A stretch of DNA of 64,000 bases from Nitrosopumilus sp. (GCA_965224195.1 OZ245040.1:1472001-1536000); one strand, 5' to 3'. Positions 1-15,815 are shown, numbered from the stretch's first letter. The notes: generated from the letters alone by a model not told the origin. A program made the numbers and translations.

Positions 1-78
1 ATCCCAGAAAAAGGTTCTACCCGAATTAGGAAAATGGCTATCTGAAAGATCATAAAAAAGGAAAAAATTAGTTTTCCA

Positions 79-507
79 CTAGTTTGTTTTTGTAGTGAAG
101 GCAGAAATCCAAGATTGTAGAATGTTTCTGTTTAGGTCAGCAAATGATTTTGCATTATCGTTGAATGTTTTGATATTCTGCTGTGTTGCATCGATAGTTG
201 CAAGTGTTACTTGATTTTGTATTGAAGCTGCCTTTACAAATTCTTCAGTAGTATCATGAATTGCTTTTAATGTTGCTTCAGGAATGTTTGCTGCAATACC
301 TGCTTTTTGTACATATTCTTTTTGTAGTGTGATAGTTGAATCTACTACGTTCTCATATGCTTGTAGGTATTCCTGTTGTACATTAGTGATTGATTGATGA
401 TATTGCGGTACTGATTGTTTAATACCGTTGAAGATTTTGTCAACGTTTTCTTGATATACAGAAAATACATCTTTAGATTTTGTTTGTGTTGCTTCGTTTT
501 TACTCAT
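79..507 (-). CDS. Phasin-like (PhaP-like) amphipathic helical protein
   Basis: 142 aa Q/N/T/A-rich helical protein ending ...ILQSWISAF. It overlaps the AbrB-domain gene by 4 nt, as in the haloarchaeal phaR-phaP arrangement. Confidence 0.55.
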   Translation of the reverse strand: MSKNEATQTKSKDVFSVYQENVDKIFNGIKQSVPQYHQSITNVQQEYLQAYENVVDSTITLQKEYVQKAGIAANIPEATLKAIHDTTEEFVKAASIQNQVTLATIDATQQNIKTFNDNAKSFADLNRNILQSWISAFTTKTN

Positions 508-929
508 TTTTTCACCTCTTTATTTTTTGATTTTTTTGCTATTGGTAAGATAATGACTTGGACTAAATCACCATCTCCTAAACCAAGTGCATTACGTTCA
601 GCTTCAGGGATAGAGATTCTTCCATTACTACTGATAGTAGTTTTGTAAGCACCCCAATTCATGAAGGAAGGAAGCATTTGGCCGATAGAAAACATGGTGT
701 CCATACTTTTACTTTGCATGGTAGACATGTTATCCATCACATTAGATTGAGTTTGTCGTGAAGTGTCAGAAACTCCTTTTAGAGTTTGCAAAGGATTGAA
801 TGTTTGACTAGTTTGATTTGTCATCAAAGAACCAAAATTTTTCATAAATTCTGCTTGAGCACGTCCACTTTTTTGAATCCAAGATTTAAACATCTCAGAA
901 GGGTCGTATAGGTTTTGGTTACCACTCAT
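504..929 (-). CDS. AbrB/MazE-domain regulator, PhaR-like
   Basis: C-terminal TTISSNGRISIPEAERNALGLGDGDLVQV swapped-hairpin motif after a Q/M-rich helical N-terminus. Confidence 0.75.
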   Translation of the reverse strand: MSGNQNLYDPSEMFKSWIQKSGRAQAEFMKNFGSLMTNQTSQTFNPLQTLKGVSDTSRQTQSNVMDNMSTMQSKSMDTMFSIGQMLPSFMNWGAYKTTISSNGRISIPEAERNALGLGDGDLVQVIILPIAKKSKNKEVKK

Positions 930-964
930 AGGTAATAGTTGGAATAATCAGTATTTAAATGGAT

Positions 965-1810
965 CTAAGCGCCATTTAAGAATTCTAATACTTTTGAAGT
1001 AAAGAGATAAGGGTTTTGAACATAAGGAGTATGCCCACATCCATCCATTCTAAAAAATCTACAATCTTGGATTGCTGAAACAAAATCATCGGCATAATTA
1101 ATTGGAATTACAGGATCATTTCCACCCCAAATAATCAAAGTTGGCGTCAAGATAGATTGGAGTTTAGAAGTTATGGATTCAGAATTTTTTAATCCCAACA
1201 CAGTAGACATGAATGCAAGTTTAGCATTTGGCAATTGCATTCTTTCTACAAATCCATCAATAATTTCAGGATGAACATCTATACCAGAACCTTCCATCAT
1301 TTCAAAAGCATTTTTTGCACTTGTTTTATTAGGATATAATGCAGCCATAATATATGCATCAAGTGCAGGAGTAGACTTTTTCATCAATCCCGCAGGAGAT
1401 ACAAGAATAAGTTTTTCAAGATCGTCAGAATGAGATGCAGCATATTCTGCAGAAATTTGACCACCCAATGAAGAACCTATGACATTAGGTCGAGTAATTT
1501 TAGCAGCAGAAAAAAATTTTTCAAGAAAGTCTGAAAAAAAATCAGAAGTATAATCTACAGTAGGTTTGTCACTATATCCAAAACCAATTAAATCAGGAAC
1601 TAATACACGAAAATTATCTTCAAAGAGAGGAATAACTTGATTCCATCTTTCTGCTGATGCTCCCAAACCATGAATGAGTACAAGGGTATTTTTTGAACTG
1701 CCAGATTCCAAATATCTAATTCTATGTCCATCAATTTCAAGAAATTTTTGTTCCAACATTTTAGCTACAATTACCATCACTAGATAAGTTTTAGTGAATT
1801 GTGCGATCAA
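965..1810 (-). CDS. Alpha/beta hydrolase
   Basis: HGLG oxyanion motif, GSSLGG nucleophile elbow, D(PVIP) and GH catalytic residues. The true start is probably MLEQKF. Confidence 0.9.
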   Translation of the reverse strand: MIAQFTKTYLVMVIVAKMLEQKFLEIDGHRIRYLESGSSKNTLVLIHGLGASAERWNQVIPLFEDNFRVLVPDLIGFGYSDKPTVDYTSDFFSDFLEKFFSAAKITRPNVIGSSLGGQISAEYAASHSDDLEKLILVSPAGLMKKSTPALDAYIMAALYPNKTSAKNAFEMMEGSGIDVHPEIIDGFVERMQLPNAKLAFMSTVLGLKNSESITSKLQSILTPTLIIWGGNDPVIPINYADDFVSAIQDCRFFRMDGCGHTPYVQNPYLFTSKVLEFLNGA

Positions 1811-1889
1811 TCAAACATAGATCAGAATACACTTTCATAATATAGAAAATGGGAAGTATGTTTTTTAGTATCAAAAATAGTCAAAAAGT

Positions 1890-2321
1890 GTGATAAAAAA
1901 GAAAATTTCAAAAATTTTAGTTCCATTAGATGGATCTAAAAATTCCATAAGAGGTTTAGAAACAGCAATTACATTAGCTAGAAATTGTGGAGCCACAATT
2001 ACAGGAATATATTCAATTTATGCCCCACCTCATTCAGAATTTAGAGGCGTAGGTTCAGTAGAAAAATCACTAAATGTACAAGTTAAAAAATTCATGGAAG
2101 AGGCAAAAGTTTTGGCTGCTAAAAATGGCATTGTATTTAATAAAAAAATAGTCAGAGGGGAAATTGGATATAACATAGTCAAGCTTGCACATGGAAAAAG
2201 TAATTTTGATATGATTGTGATGGGTTCACGAGGACGGAGTTCTACCAAAGAAATGTTCTTTGGAAGTGTATCAAACTATGTAATTCATACAGCAAAGATA
2301 CCTGTTGTTATTGTAAAATAA
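1890..2321 (+). CDS. Universal stress protein
   Basis: ILVPLDGS...DMIVMGSRG...FFGSVSNYV motifs. Confidence 0.93.
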   Translation: MIKKKISKILVPLDGSKNSIRGLETAITLARNCGATITGIYSIYAPPHSEFRGVGSVEKSLNVQVKKFMEEAKVLAAKNGIVFNKKIVRGEIGYNIVKLAHGKSNFDMIVMGSRGRSSTKEMFFGSVSNYVIHTAKIPVVIVK

Positions 2322-2322
2322 T

Positions 2323-2778
2323 CTAAGAAAATCCGTGTTTTTTGAAATATTTTTGGTGATACTCTTCAGCTTTGTAAAATGTTGGAGCTGGAACTATTTC
2401 AGTAACAACTGGATTATCAAATTTGTCTGATTGGTCTAATTCTTGTTTAGATTTTTCTGCAATTTCTTTTTGTGTCTCATCATGATAAAATATAGATGAG
2501 CGATATTGAATTCCAACATCAGGGCCTTGACGATTCAATGTTGTAGGATTGTGATTTGACCAAAATACAGACAGTAATTCTTCAAAAGAAATTTCATCAG
2601 GATCGTATTCAACTTCGACAGCTTCGGCATGACCAGTTTTATCAGTACATACTTCCTCATATGTGGGATCAGATAGTTGTCCTCCGATATATCCTACAGC
2701 AGTAGATTTAACACCTTTAGTTTTATTTAATAAATCCTCAACATGCCAAAAGCACCCCGCACCAAATGTAGCTTTCAA
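2323..2778 (-). CDS. msrA: Peptide-methionine (S)-S-oxide reductase
   Basis: GAGCFW active site, TGHAEAV, AEEYHQKY. Confidence 0.97.
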   Translation of the reverse strand: MKATFGAGCFWHVEDLLNKTKGVKSTAVGYIGGQLSDPTYEEVCTDKTGHAEAVEVEYDPDEISFEELLSVFWSNHNPTTLNRQGPDVGIQYRSSIFYHDETQKEIAEKSKQELDQSDKFDNPVVTEIVPAPTFYKAEEYHQKYFKKHGFS

Positions 2779-2830
2779 TTTAATTTCTAATAAAACATGC
2801 TAAATTAAAACTATTTGTTAAAAATAATAT

Positions 2831-3952
2831 CTAATTAATTGTAATAATCCCCTCTCGTATAAGATATTCTAAAGAATTGATAAAATCATCTTCAGAAATT
2901 AAACCTTGTGACCACCAGTGAGCATTATTACGAACCCAATCAGGGATTTCTTCAGTAGAAGAATTACCAGAAGAAGAAATTCCAGAAACCATAATGATGT
3001 TGTTCTCCAACATGAATTCAAGTCCAGCCACAAATTGAGAATCATCAACATCTCCAATTGCCCACCATTCAGCATAATCTCTAATCCATTCAGGCACAGA
3101 TACAGGATCTTCATAGCCTAAAATATTGTAAATTGAAGAATTATGAAACTGAGAATCAAACCAAGATTTGTAACTTGACTCATGATTGTATCTGTCAATA
3201 TAGTATTGTGGAGATTTATCAAATGCAGGGAAATTATCTACATGGGTTTGTTTATAATCTACAACGTCATGTATGGAATTATTTGGAAACTGAGAATCAA
3301 ACCAAGATTTGTAACTTGACTCATGATTGTATCTGTCAATATAGTATTGTGGAGATTTATCAAATGCAGGGAAATTTGGAATACTAAACTTTAGTGTATT
3401 AAAAGTAGAAATAGGTTCTGGATTTTCCAGAGTATTTGTCTGAGGTTCAGGTGTTGGTTCAGGTGTTGGTTCAGGTGTTGGTTCAGGTGTTGGTTCAGGT
3501 GTTGGTTCAGGTGTTGGTTCAGGTGTTGGTTCAGGTTGTGTAGATTCTGAAAACTCTTGATACTCAATAGATTTTTCTAAATTTCCATCATAAGTTACTT
3601 TGATTGGATAAATTCCATCAGATGCCCAGGTAGGGCCACCGACATTAAAGGTAGCAGAAAAACTACCATCAGGATTTGCAGGAATTGTATTAAAATCTGC
3701 AAAATTAGATTTTCCAGGAGTAAATATTTGAATGGTTACAAAAGGAATTTCCGAATCATATGAAACAGTACCAGAAATTGTTAATTGATCACCTTGATGA
3801 TACAAAGATTTGTCAGTTGTGAAATCATCAACAGTGGCAAATGTAGGTAAAACAATATTTGGAATTAATAAAAGTAAGAAAAGAATGTGAAAAATAGTCA
3901 TTTTCTGAAAATTGATTTTTTGCATAAATAAAGAATTCGCCAGATTACTCAA
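2831..3952 (-). CDS. Secreted/surface protein: Ig-like domain, PEPT linker, duplicated module and thaumarchaeal IPxWxR/KNxAxWW C-terminal repeats
   Basis: Signal peptide, (PEPT)7, two NFPAFDKSPQYYIDRY modules, VPEWIRDYAEWW and IPDWVRNNAHWW. Confidence 0.75.
   Translation of the reverse strand: MSNLANSLFMQKINFQKMTIFHILFLLLLIPNIVLPTFATVDDFTTDKSLYHQGDQLTISGTVSYDSEIPFVTIQIFTPGKSNFADFNTIPANPDGSFSATFNVGGPTWASDGIYPIKVTYDGNLEKSIEYQEFSESTQPEPTPEPTPEPTPEPTPEPTPEPTPEPTPEPQTNTLENPEPISTFNTLKFSIPNFPAFDKSPQYYIDRYNHESSYKSWFDSQFPNNSIHDVVDYKQTHVDNFPAFDKSPQYYIDRYNHESSYKSWFDSQFHNSSIYNILGYEDPVSVPEWIRDYAEWWAIGDVDDSQFVAGLEFMLENNIIMVSGISSSGNSSTEEIPDWVRNNAHWWSQGLISEDDFINSLEYLIREGIITIN
3145..3376. repeat. Identical 91-bp intragenic direct repeat (3145-3235 and 3286-3376, period 141)
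   Basis: gaaactgagaatcaaacc...gcagggaaatt occurs twice. Confidence 0.9.
3444..3536. repeat. 12-bp tandem repeat (ggttcaggtgtt, about 8 copies) encoding the PEPT linker
   Basis: Seen directly in the sequence. Confidence 0.95.
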
Positions 3953-3958
3953 TTAGAC

Positions 3959-4366
3959 TTAATTAACATCAGTAAAGATCTCTACTACTTTTTTTGCCAA
4001 GCTTTCAATATTGACAGAAGGTTCTGCAGAAATTAACAATAAAATTTGAGTGATGGGAAATGGGAAACTTATTAAAACTGCTTTATCACGTCTTGCAGCG
4101 AGGTAATTTATCGGTCCTAGACTTTCATCAAATTCTTTTCGTATAGAAGCTTTTGAAACAAAATCAAAAAAGGACTGCAATTTAGTCTCATCGCCCTCAT
4201 AAGGAACAAGTCCTTCTTTAAAACCACCAAAAGATAATTGCCCATCTTTATCAACAATTCCAGCAAAACGAATTTCAGATTCTTCTAATAATTTAGCACA
4301 TTTTTTAGCATATAGACTATCAGACATATTTTTCAAATAAAATATCAAAAATAAAAACCTAGCCAA
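3959..4366 (-). CDS. Roadblock/profilin-like thaumarchaeal protein (DUF6659-like)
   Basis: IRFAGIVDKDG...RKEFDESLGPINY motif typical of AOA paralogs. Confidence 0.7.
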   Translation of the reverse strand: MARFLFLIFYLKNMSDSLYAKKCAKLLEESEIRFAGIVDKDGQLSFGGFKEGLVPYEGDETKLQSFFDFVSKASIRKEFDESLGPINYLAARRDKAVLISFPFPITQILLLISAEPSVNIESLAKKVVEIFTDVN

Positions 4367-4384
4367 TGGTTTTCTAAAATCTAA

Positions 4385-5242
4385 CTACAAATGGCATTTT
4401 AACAATACATAGTCAATTACCCCTTCTTGTGATGCCTTTTTCATTTTTTGAATAGATTTGAATAATATTTTTTCAACAAATGGGGAATATTGTTTCAAAA
4501 TAGATTTTTTCAATTTATCTCTATTTTCAACATAATAATCAGCCAAAGGATCGTAAACAGATGAACCAATCATTTTTTCTTCAGAAATTACAAATCCATT
4601 TGAAACAATAATTTTTCTCACTTCATTTAAACTATAATGTTCTGATGACCAAGTGAATTTTAAAATTCCTAATTTTGAAATTGATGAAGATGAAAGAGTG
4701 ATAGGGAGTGCCAAAATCATCAATCCAGAGTCAGATAAAATTCTTTTAGATTCTAAAATAAAATCAGAAAAAGGTTTGAAATGTTGCGAAGATTCCAACG
4801 CAAGTATGCGCTCTACAGATTTATCAGTAAAAGGTAATTTTGTAGATGAAGAATTTAAAAAAGTAATTTTTTGTTGAGGTCCCGAATAACAAAGTTGATC
4901 ATAATTAATATTGATACAAAATATAGATAAATTTTCAAAATTGTTTCTCCAAAAAATTGCAGGTGCAGATAAACCACTACCAACATCTACAATATTTTTA
5001 CAAGAATTTAATTCTGCCATTTTTGCAAAAACAGCACATAGATTTTCTTGTGCAGAAATAGGATCATTATTTTCAGCATCCCAATATCCAAAATTTAGCA
5101 TATTTCCACCAGTTGCAAGTTGCATAACAGGTGATAAAGCATTGTAAAGATTTACCACATCTTTTTCATTTCTACGAATAGTCCATAAAAAAAGATCAAG
5201 GGGGTTGATAGAAGTCAAAAATATTTTCAAATTTAATATCAA
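4385..5242 (-). CDS. Class I SAM-dependent methyltransferase
   Basis: LNFGYW, IVDVGSGL motif I, LPF..S.E. Confidence 0.88.
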   Translation of the reverse strand: MILNLKIFLTSINPLDLFLWTIRRNEKDVVNLYNALSPVMQLATGGNMLNFGYWDAENNDPISAQENLCAVFAKMAELNSCKNIVDVGSGLSAPAIFWRNNFENLSIFCININYDQLCYSGPQQKITFLNSSSTKLPFTDKSVERILALESSQHFKPFSDFILESKRILSDSGLMILALPITLSSSSISKLGILKFTWSSEHYSLNEVRKIIVSNGFVISEEKMIGSSVYDPLADYYVENRDKLKKSILKQYSPFVEKILFKSIQKMKKASQEGVIDYVLLKCHL

Positions 5243-5259
5243 TTATAGACTATTAATTC

Positions 5260-5391
5260 CTAAGGTAACCCTTCAGAATCTTCAGCACAATGTTTATGCA
5301 CCCATTCTTCATCTTGATTTTTTGTAATCTCTTTTCCTGGTTGAATTTTATCACCACAAGAGATGCAAGATGTAGCAAATTTTGCTTTCAT
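5260..5391 (-). CDS. 43-aa small zinc-binding protein (not in the ORF track)
   Basis: Manual translation: MKAKFATSCISCGDKIQPGKEITKNQDEEWVHKHCAEDSEGLP (CxxC...HxxC). Confidence 0.75.
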   Translation of the reverse strand: MKAKFATSCISCGDKIQPGKEITKNQDEEWVHKHCAEDSEGLP

Positions 5392-5485
5392 ACAAATAGA
5401 TAGATTATGAATGATAAATCATCTAGCATGTGTTTTTAGTTAACTAATGATGAATATATTTTAGGGATTTAGAAGTAGTAATCAT

Positions 5486-5971
5486 ATGTCTGATCCAGAA
5501 TCCACTACACCATCAAAAATGATTCTAGCCAAATGGACAGACAGGTTTGTCGCATGGCTAATTGACTTTGTAATAATTTCCATCATCTCCACATCCATTA
5601 TTTTTGCATCGTTTGGAACAATGTATTATGAATTTGAAGGAGAAGCGTTTTGGGCTGAAAGTTCTCAATACATTCCTACAAGTAGTATTTTCTTTGTGTA
5701 TTGGATTATTTTAGAATACAAAACAGGGCAGACCATAGGGAAAAAAATCCTAAATTTAAAAGTCATTAATATTTCTGGAGATAAAGTCAGTTTGAAAGGC
5801 GTGTTAATCAGTAGTTTTGGAAAATCATTTTTGCTACCCATAGATGTAATTTTAGGATGGGTTTTGACTAATGAAAAACGTCAAAGAGTGTTTAACAAAT
5901 TAGGAGATACAATAGTTATCAAAATTAAAGACGAAGTAGTTGTTTCAGACTTAAAATATACAAAAGACTAG
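5486..5971 (+). CDS. RDD family membrane protein
   Basis: RFVAWLID, GQTIGKKILNLKV, RQRVFNKLGDTIV. Confidence 0.9.
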   Translation: MSDPESTTPSKMILAKWTDRFVAWLIDFVIISIISTSIIFASFGTMYYEFEGEAFWAESSQYIPTSSIFFVYWIILEYKTGQTIGKKILNLKVINISGDKVSLKGVLISSFGKSFLLPIDVILGWVLTNEKRQRVFNKLGDTIVIKIKDEVVVSDLKYTKD

Positions 5972-6051
5972 ATTTAGTCATATTTTGTTAAACAATTACT
6001 CTGAAGATTTTATCAACAGATCTATTAGCTAGATTAGATCTTTGAGAAATT

Positions 6052-6502
6052 ATGTCTAAGGAAAGTAAACAATGGTGGTCAGGATTGCCAGAGGAACTTC
6101 AAAAAGATATAGAATTTGAAGAATAATCAGTCTCAGAATAATTCCCAATCACGAAGAGATATCCTCAATCAATTGGGATTTTAATTGTAAATACAGTTGG
6201 CTTATTTGAAAAATGATGAAAATAAACAAATTGATTCATTTACAGATTATACAACATTTTTCGTGCTGCCTGCAACAGGAGATGACATGATTCAAAAGAA
6301 TATAGAAAACAAAAAAGGATCTTTCAAACAGAAAGATGGTATTTCTAAACTTGGCGAACAATCAGGTTGGGATGGTTCATTTGAATTTAAAGGGCCATCA
6401 GGAGATTACAAAATGAATTTCTTTTTACCATTTTCAGATGACAATGTTGATGGTTGTGATAACTTTTCAGGATTTGCAGTTGATGTAACTATCAGGTCTT
6501 GA
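6052..6502 (+). pseudogene. Disrupted hypothetical gene
   Basis: The ATG at 6052 (MSKESKQWW...) stops after about 24 codons. The downstream 101-aa frame lacks a good start. Confidence 0.4.
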
Positions 6503-6707
6503 AAAATAGAACATAGTTTCCACTAATGGATTTCAAATAATTAAAACACCATAGCTTACGCTAGGGAAAATAATTATCAAATTAAAAATGTATATCTAAC
6601 GCTATGTATGATTTGAAATGAAATCATCGTACAAGTCGTGTATTATGTAATCCACTTGATGATATGAAATATGATCATCGCGCATAGTCTCTATGTAAAT
6701 GGCTGAA

Positions 6708-9690
<2,983 letters not shown>

Positions 9691-9849
9691 ACACCGGTAT
9701 ATTCAGCCATATATTACACGACTATGCACGACGATCATTGCAAGCCACCGGTAAGTGGCTCACTACATCCTTCATACACCACTTTCGTGATGCATTGCAT
9801 CGATGATTTCAATGTGAAGATTATGTACACCCGTACACTTTCCATGTCT

Positions 9850-11321
<1,472 letters not shown>

Positions 11322-11701
11322 CTGAATATATTTTGTATTTTGATTATAGAAGTACACTTGTACTTTAATTTGGAATTGACGGATGCACATAATCTTCACA
11401 TTTCAGATATTGATCTTTCAATCAAATCCTCATACTTGTATGCGTAACTGGAGGTCCATGAATCACAAAGTGGCATCTTGCCATACTTCATCACGAGCGC
11501 CGCCTATTGCGTTACGTATGCAGAAGCCAACAAAGGCAGAATCCATATAAACCATACGTGAAATTATGCCTGATCGGGCCAAAAAATTGTAAAAATTACA
11601 CATTTTATTTTCAATATTCACCACCAAGTCCCAGATAATGAATAAAATCCTCAGAATCAAAGGTATTTTGACACTTAAAATGGTAGATCTCATTTTGAAA
11701 A

Positions 11702-12988
11702 TTGCTTTTGAGTCACATTATAGAATATAAAAAAAAGACAAAAAATTCTGCAAAAATATTTGCAAAGTCTTTGAAACTTCATGTAAATGGTGTTTCTCAT
11801 AACATAAGATTTTATGAACCATATCCATTTGTTGTAAAATCATCTTCAGGTAAAAACCTGGTTGATGTAGATGACAACAAATACACAGATTATTGGATGG
11901 GTCATTGGAGTTTAATTTTAGGTCACGGTCATAAAGATGTCAAGAGTTCTTTGAAAAAACAAATTGAAAAAAGTTGGATGTATGGAACTGTAAATGAGCA
12001 GACAGTAAAACTTTCAGAATTAATATCTAAAGCAGTTCCAGTAGCTGAAAAAATTCGCTATGTAACATCAGGTACAGAAGCTACAATGTATGCAGTTAGA
12101 TTAGCACGTTCAGTTACGGGGAAAAAAATTATTGCAAAAATTGATGGTGGATGGCATGGATATACTTCAGATTTATTAAAAAGTGTTAACTGGCCATTTA
12201 CAGAATCAGAAAGTTCGGGAGTAGTAAATGAAGAGAAAATTGTTTCCATCCCTTACAATGATTTAGAAGGTTCTCTTAAAATTCTTAAAAAATATGCAAA
12301 AGATTTAGCAGGTGTAATCATTGAGCCAATGTTAGGGGGAGGTGGATGTATTCCAGCCACATCAGATTATCTTAAAGGTATTCAAGAATTTATTCATAAA
12401 AATAAATCATTATTTATCCTAGATGAAATTGTTACAGGGTTTAGATTCAGATATGGATGCTTATACCCTACAATGAAACTAGACCCAGACATTGTTACAT
12501 TGGGGAAAATTGTCGGAGGAGGAATGGCAATAGGTGTAATGTGTGGCAAAAAAGAAATCATGGATTACGCAGATACTACTGGAAAGAAGAAATCAGAAAG
12601 GAGTTATGTAGGAGGAGGAACGTTTTCTGCAAATCCAGCCTCAATGGCATCAGGGCATGCAACTCTATCTGTTTTGAAAAACAACAGTTCCATATACTCA
12701 AAAATTAATGATTTGGGAGAATATGCTAGAAAGGAATTAACCAAATTTTTTGATGGTAAAGTAATAGTCACAGGGAAAGGATCTTTGTTTATGACCCATT
12801 TTATAAAAAATGGAATTTCAGAAATCACCAATGCCACTCAAGCATCAATGTGTGATGTTAAAGCTCTACATGACTATCATTTTAAGATGATAGCACATGA
12901 CGAAATATTCTTTTTGCCAGGAAAACTAGGAGCTATATCTAATGCACATACAAAGGCAGACATTAAAAAGATGGTTAATGCATCTTAG
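11702..12988 (+). CDS. hemL: Glutamate-1-semialdehyde 2,1-aminomutase
   Basis: [31 protein letters not shown] (PLP lysine), GTFSANP. Confidence 0.9.
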   Translation: MLLSHIIEYKKKTKNSAKIFAKSLKLHVNGVSHNIRFYEPYPFVVKSSSGKNLVDVDDNKYTDYWMGHWSLILGHGHKDVKSSLKKQIEKSWMYGTVNEQTVKLSELISKAVPVAEKIRYVTSGTEATMYAVRLARSVTGKKIIAKIDGGWHGYTSDLLKSVNWPFTESESSGVVNEEKIVSIPYNDLEGSLKILKKYAKDLAGVIIEPMLGGGGCIPATSDYLKGIQEFIHKNKSLFILDEIVTGFRFRYGCLYPTMKLDPDIVTLGKIVGGGMAIGVMCGKKEIMDYADTTGKKKSERSYVGGGTFSANPASMASGHATLSVLKNNSSIYSKINDLGEYARKELTKFFDGKVIVTGKGSLFMTHFIKNGISEITNATQASMCDVKALHDYHFKMIAHDEIFFLPGKLGAISNAHTKADIKKMVNAS

Positions 12989-13000
12989 AATTATCAAACA

Positions 13001-13363
13001 TCAAGAGTCATTTGGAAAAACTCTATTTTTCCATAAAGTGAGTTCTGTAAAAACATCAGCATAATTTTTAGATTTAATAGTTACATGAACATGTGCTAAA
13101 AGATTCTCAAATTGCGCCTCAAATATCATAGTACATTCTTTTTTAAAAAGAGGTACAGTTATTCCAATTTTTTTCAGAGAAATGAATTTGAAATTTTCAA
13201 TTTGAATGGTATTTTCATTTATTGTAACTTGTTTTTTTCGAGGGTTTTTGTTAATTGAATCATCTAATTCTTTTTGAACAGAATCACTCCAAAGTGGACC
13301 ATCCTTAGGCCATCTATGAACATGAACTTTATCACAAAGATATTGAATTTCAGAATTAGACAA
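13001..13363 (-). CDS. Hypothetical protein
   Basis: 120-aa ORF with host-like composition. Confidence 0.65.
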   Translation of the reverse strand: MSNSEIQYLCDKVHVHRWPKDGPLWSDSVQKELDDSINKNPRKKQVTINENTIQIENFKFISLKKIGITVPLFKKECTMIFEAQFENLLAHVHVTIKSKNYADVFTELTLWKNRVFPNDS

Positions 13364-13468
13364 TAATCAAATTAATTTTCAATACAAATTAAGCGTATCT
13401 GGATAAAATAAAAGTTCAAAAAAATACCAACATTACATCTACAGAATGCATCAAATATGAAAGATAGC

Positions 13469-15266
13469 CTAATTTACAACAAGTTGTGGTGCATCTTCAT
13501 TATCATATACTGTTGTTGCACCTTCTTTAGATGCAAACTCCACACGATCAGATTGACCATTAGGTTTCTTTACAATCCAATTACATTCATCGTCACCTGC
13601 TAGAATGCATGTATTGACATCTACAGTTACATCAAACTCTATGAACTGATTAACTAACCCATTTGTTATTGTGACAGTATCAGTTGCTGCTGCAACAAAG
13701 TTCCACCATTCCATTTTGGATTACAGTTAGCTTGTTGATTATTTATTTCAGAGTCAACGGAACACTTCCAAGTTACACCATTTCCATTACCTCCGTTTTT
13801 AAATTGATTAAACTCAGATTGTGACAAATTACCGGGTTTCATATTAGCACCATCACATTCTACCCAGGTTTCAGTTATTCTATGTACGTCAACTGAACAT
13901 CCATCAGGGGCCCCCAATTGTTTGCATTATGAACTATGAACAATCTAAGAGTTGCATTATCAATAGGACCAGTAAAGTCTGTTACGTTAAATGAAACTAA
14001 TGCACGATTGTTTCCACTTGCACGAACTACCATGTTTGGATTTACACCTTCATTGGTGTTAGAATTGCCTGATCTTAGGAAACTATCTTTTGTTGAATTC
14101 AGTGTTTGTAAAAGTATTTTTGTATTCTCAAATATACATTCTACAGAGTTACCCAAAGTCACGTTAAATTTTAGAATTGTTCCAAGTGAGAAACCATTTT
14201 TCTCACAATCAGCTGAATCAAGAATCCAACTAGCAAGTACTGTTTCAGATACAGAATAGTTGCCAGGTAGTACAGATAATGGTACAGTCATGTTACTAAT
14301 GGCAGTATTTGCAATGTTAACTATAGTAGAGTTGGTAGGATTTGTTGCGTTGAATATTGTAAAGTCAAATGCACCATCAGCATTTGTGGCATTCTTTGTA
14401 ATCTTAATTGTAGGATTACTAAATTTTGTATTCTCAAATATACATTCCACTACATCATTTCCAACTATAGTAAAATTTGTAATTGTTCCAAGTGAGAAAC
14501 CATTTTTCTCACAGTCTGAACCAGTTAATTCCCATTCTATTGGAATAATTTCAATTACAGTATAGTTTCCAGGTTGTACTTCTAATGGAACAGTCATGTT
14601 ACTAATTGCAGTGTTTGGAATACTAACTATAGTGGAATTGGCAGGGTTTGTTGCGTTGAATATTGTAAAGTCAAATGCACCATCACCACCAATTGCATTC
14701 TTTGTAATCTTAATTGTTGGTAAAGAAGCAATACTAAACACCTGTACGCGTTGCTCAGCACCATTACTACCAGTAACTAAAACAAAGTCAGTACTGTTTG
14801 TAGTTATACCACTAAGACTAGTAAATTGTCCGTTACCAGTACCAGGAGAATTAAACAAGAATTCAAAGTTACCAGATGGATCAAACACTTGAATACGGTT
14901 ATTGCCAACATCTGTAATAAAAATAAGATCAGTATTACTTGCTGTTATATCAGAGGGGCTAATGAATTGACCATTGACATTGCCAGGTGAACTCAACTGA
15001 GAAACATAATTACCAGATGGATCAAATATTTGAACATGTTGATTATTACCATCTAAAACAAAAGTAAAATCAGTACTGTTTGTAGTGACATCGTTAATGC
15101 CAGAAAATTGTCCGTTACCAGTACCAGCTGAACCAAATGTAGATTCAAAAAGTAAAGTAGAATCTGCAAATGCAGTTGAAAATGTAAGAGAAGAAAATAC
15201 AATAGTTACCAATATCAATAAAAATATGGTTTTCTTCAGGACTACACAAACTAAATCTAGCAACAA
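13469..15266 (-). pseudogene. Surface protein (NHL/beta-propeller repeats, two Ig-like repeats, DNRLRE-like domain) split by two frameshifts
   Basis: FGSAGTGNGQF NHL repeats; duplicated PTIKITKNA..DGAFDFTI modules; DSFLRSG...RALVSFN...ATLRLF. Overlapping ORFs 13875-15266, 13666-13917 and 13469-13714; the first shift is at a ggggcccccc run (about 13907-13915). Confidence 0.7.
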
Positions 15267-15513
15267 ATACTATCAGTCACAGATCGCTTAACTGAATATT
15301 TTAATATTTACGAATATTCCTATAAACATTACATATTTGAGTATGATTTTCATAGAATAATTTAAAATAGGTATTAAAAAAATAGAACGATCTGCATGGA
15401 ATATTCTAAATGCCTAGAAGAGAAAGGCATTTGGAAAAATTATAAAAATTTCATGAATTAATTCAAAATCAATCAATACACTAGAACATCGATGATTGAA
15501 ATAAAGTAATATT

Positions 15514-15678
15514 TTAAGCTAGAATTGCAACAGACTCAACCTGTTCAGGATCATTAAAACAACTCTTTCGCTGATAACAATCCTCACATACCATCCATTG
15601 AGAAACACGCCCACTACTTTGAGGGTGATGATAAGTAATCAAATACTTGTGGTCGTGTCTATCATAACAATAATCCAT
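15514..15678 (-). CDS. 54-aa small Cys/His protein (not in the ORF track)
   Basis: Manual translation: MDYCYDRHDHKYLITYHHPQSSGRVSQWMVCEDCYQRKSCFNDPEQVESVAILA. Confidence 0.55.
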   Translation of the reverse strand: MDYCYDRHDHKYLITYHHPQSSGRVSQWMVCEDCYQRKSCFNDPEQVESVAILA

Positions 15679-15815
15679 TTCTAACTAGCCTATACCCCAT
15701 TGCGTTATAGAAACCTCGGAAAAAACTCAAAGTATAAGGATCCCAATTGGCACATTTGTATAAATTTTAGAAGGTCAAGCCAAACTTTCATTAGCAATAT
15801 CATTTTGGAGGAATT

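Noticed and set aside
9691-9849. tRNA in the 16S-23S spacer, or rRNA introns
   Set aside because: The spacer is about 160 nt and is largely processing stems; rRNA lengths are normal.
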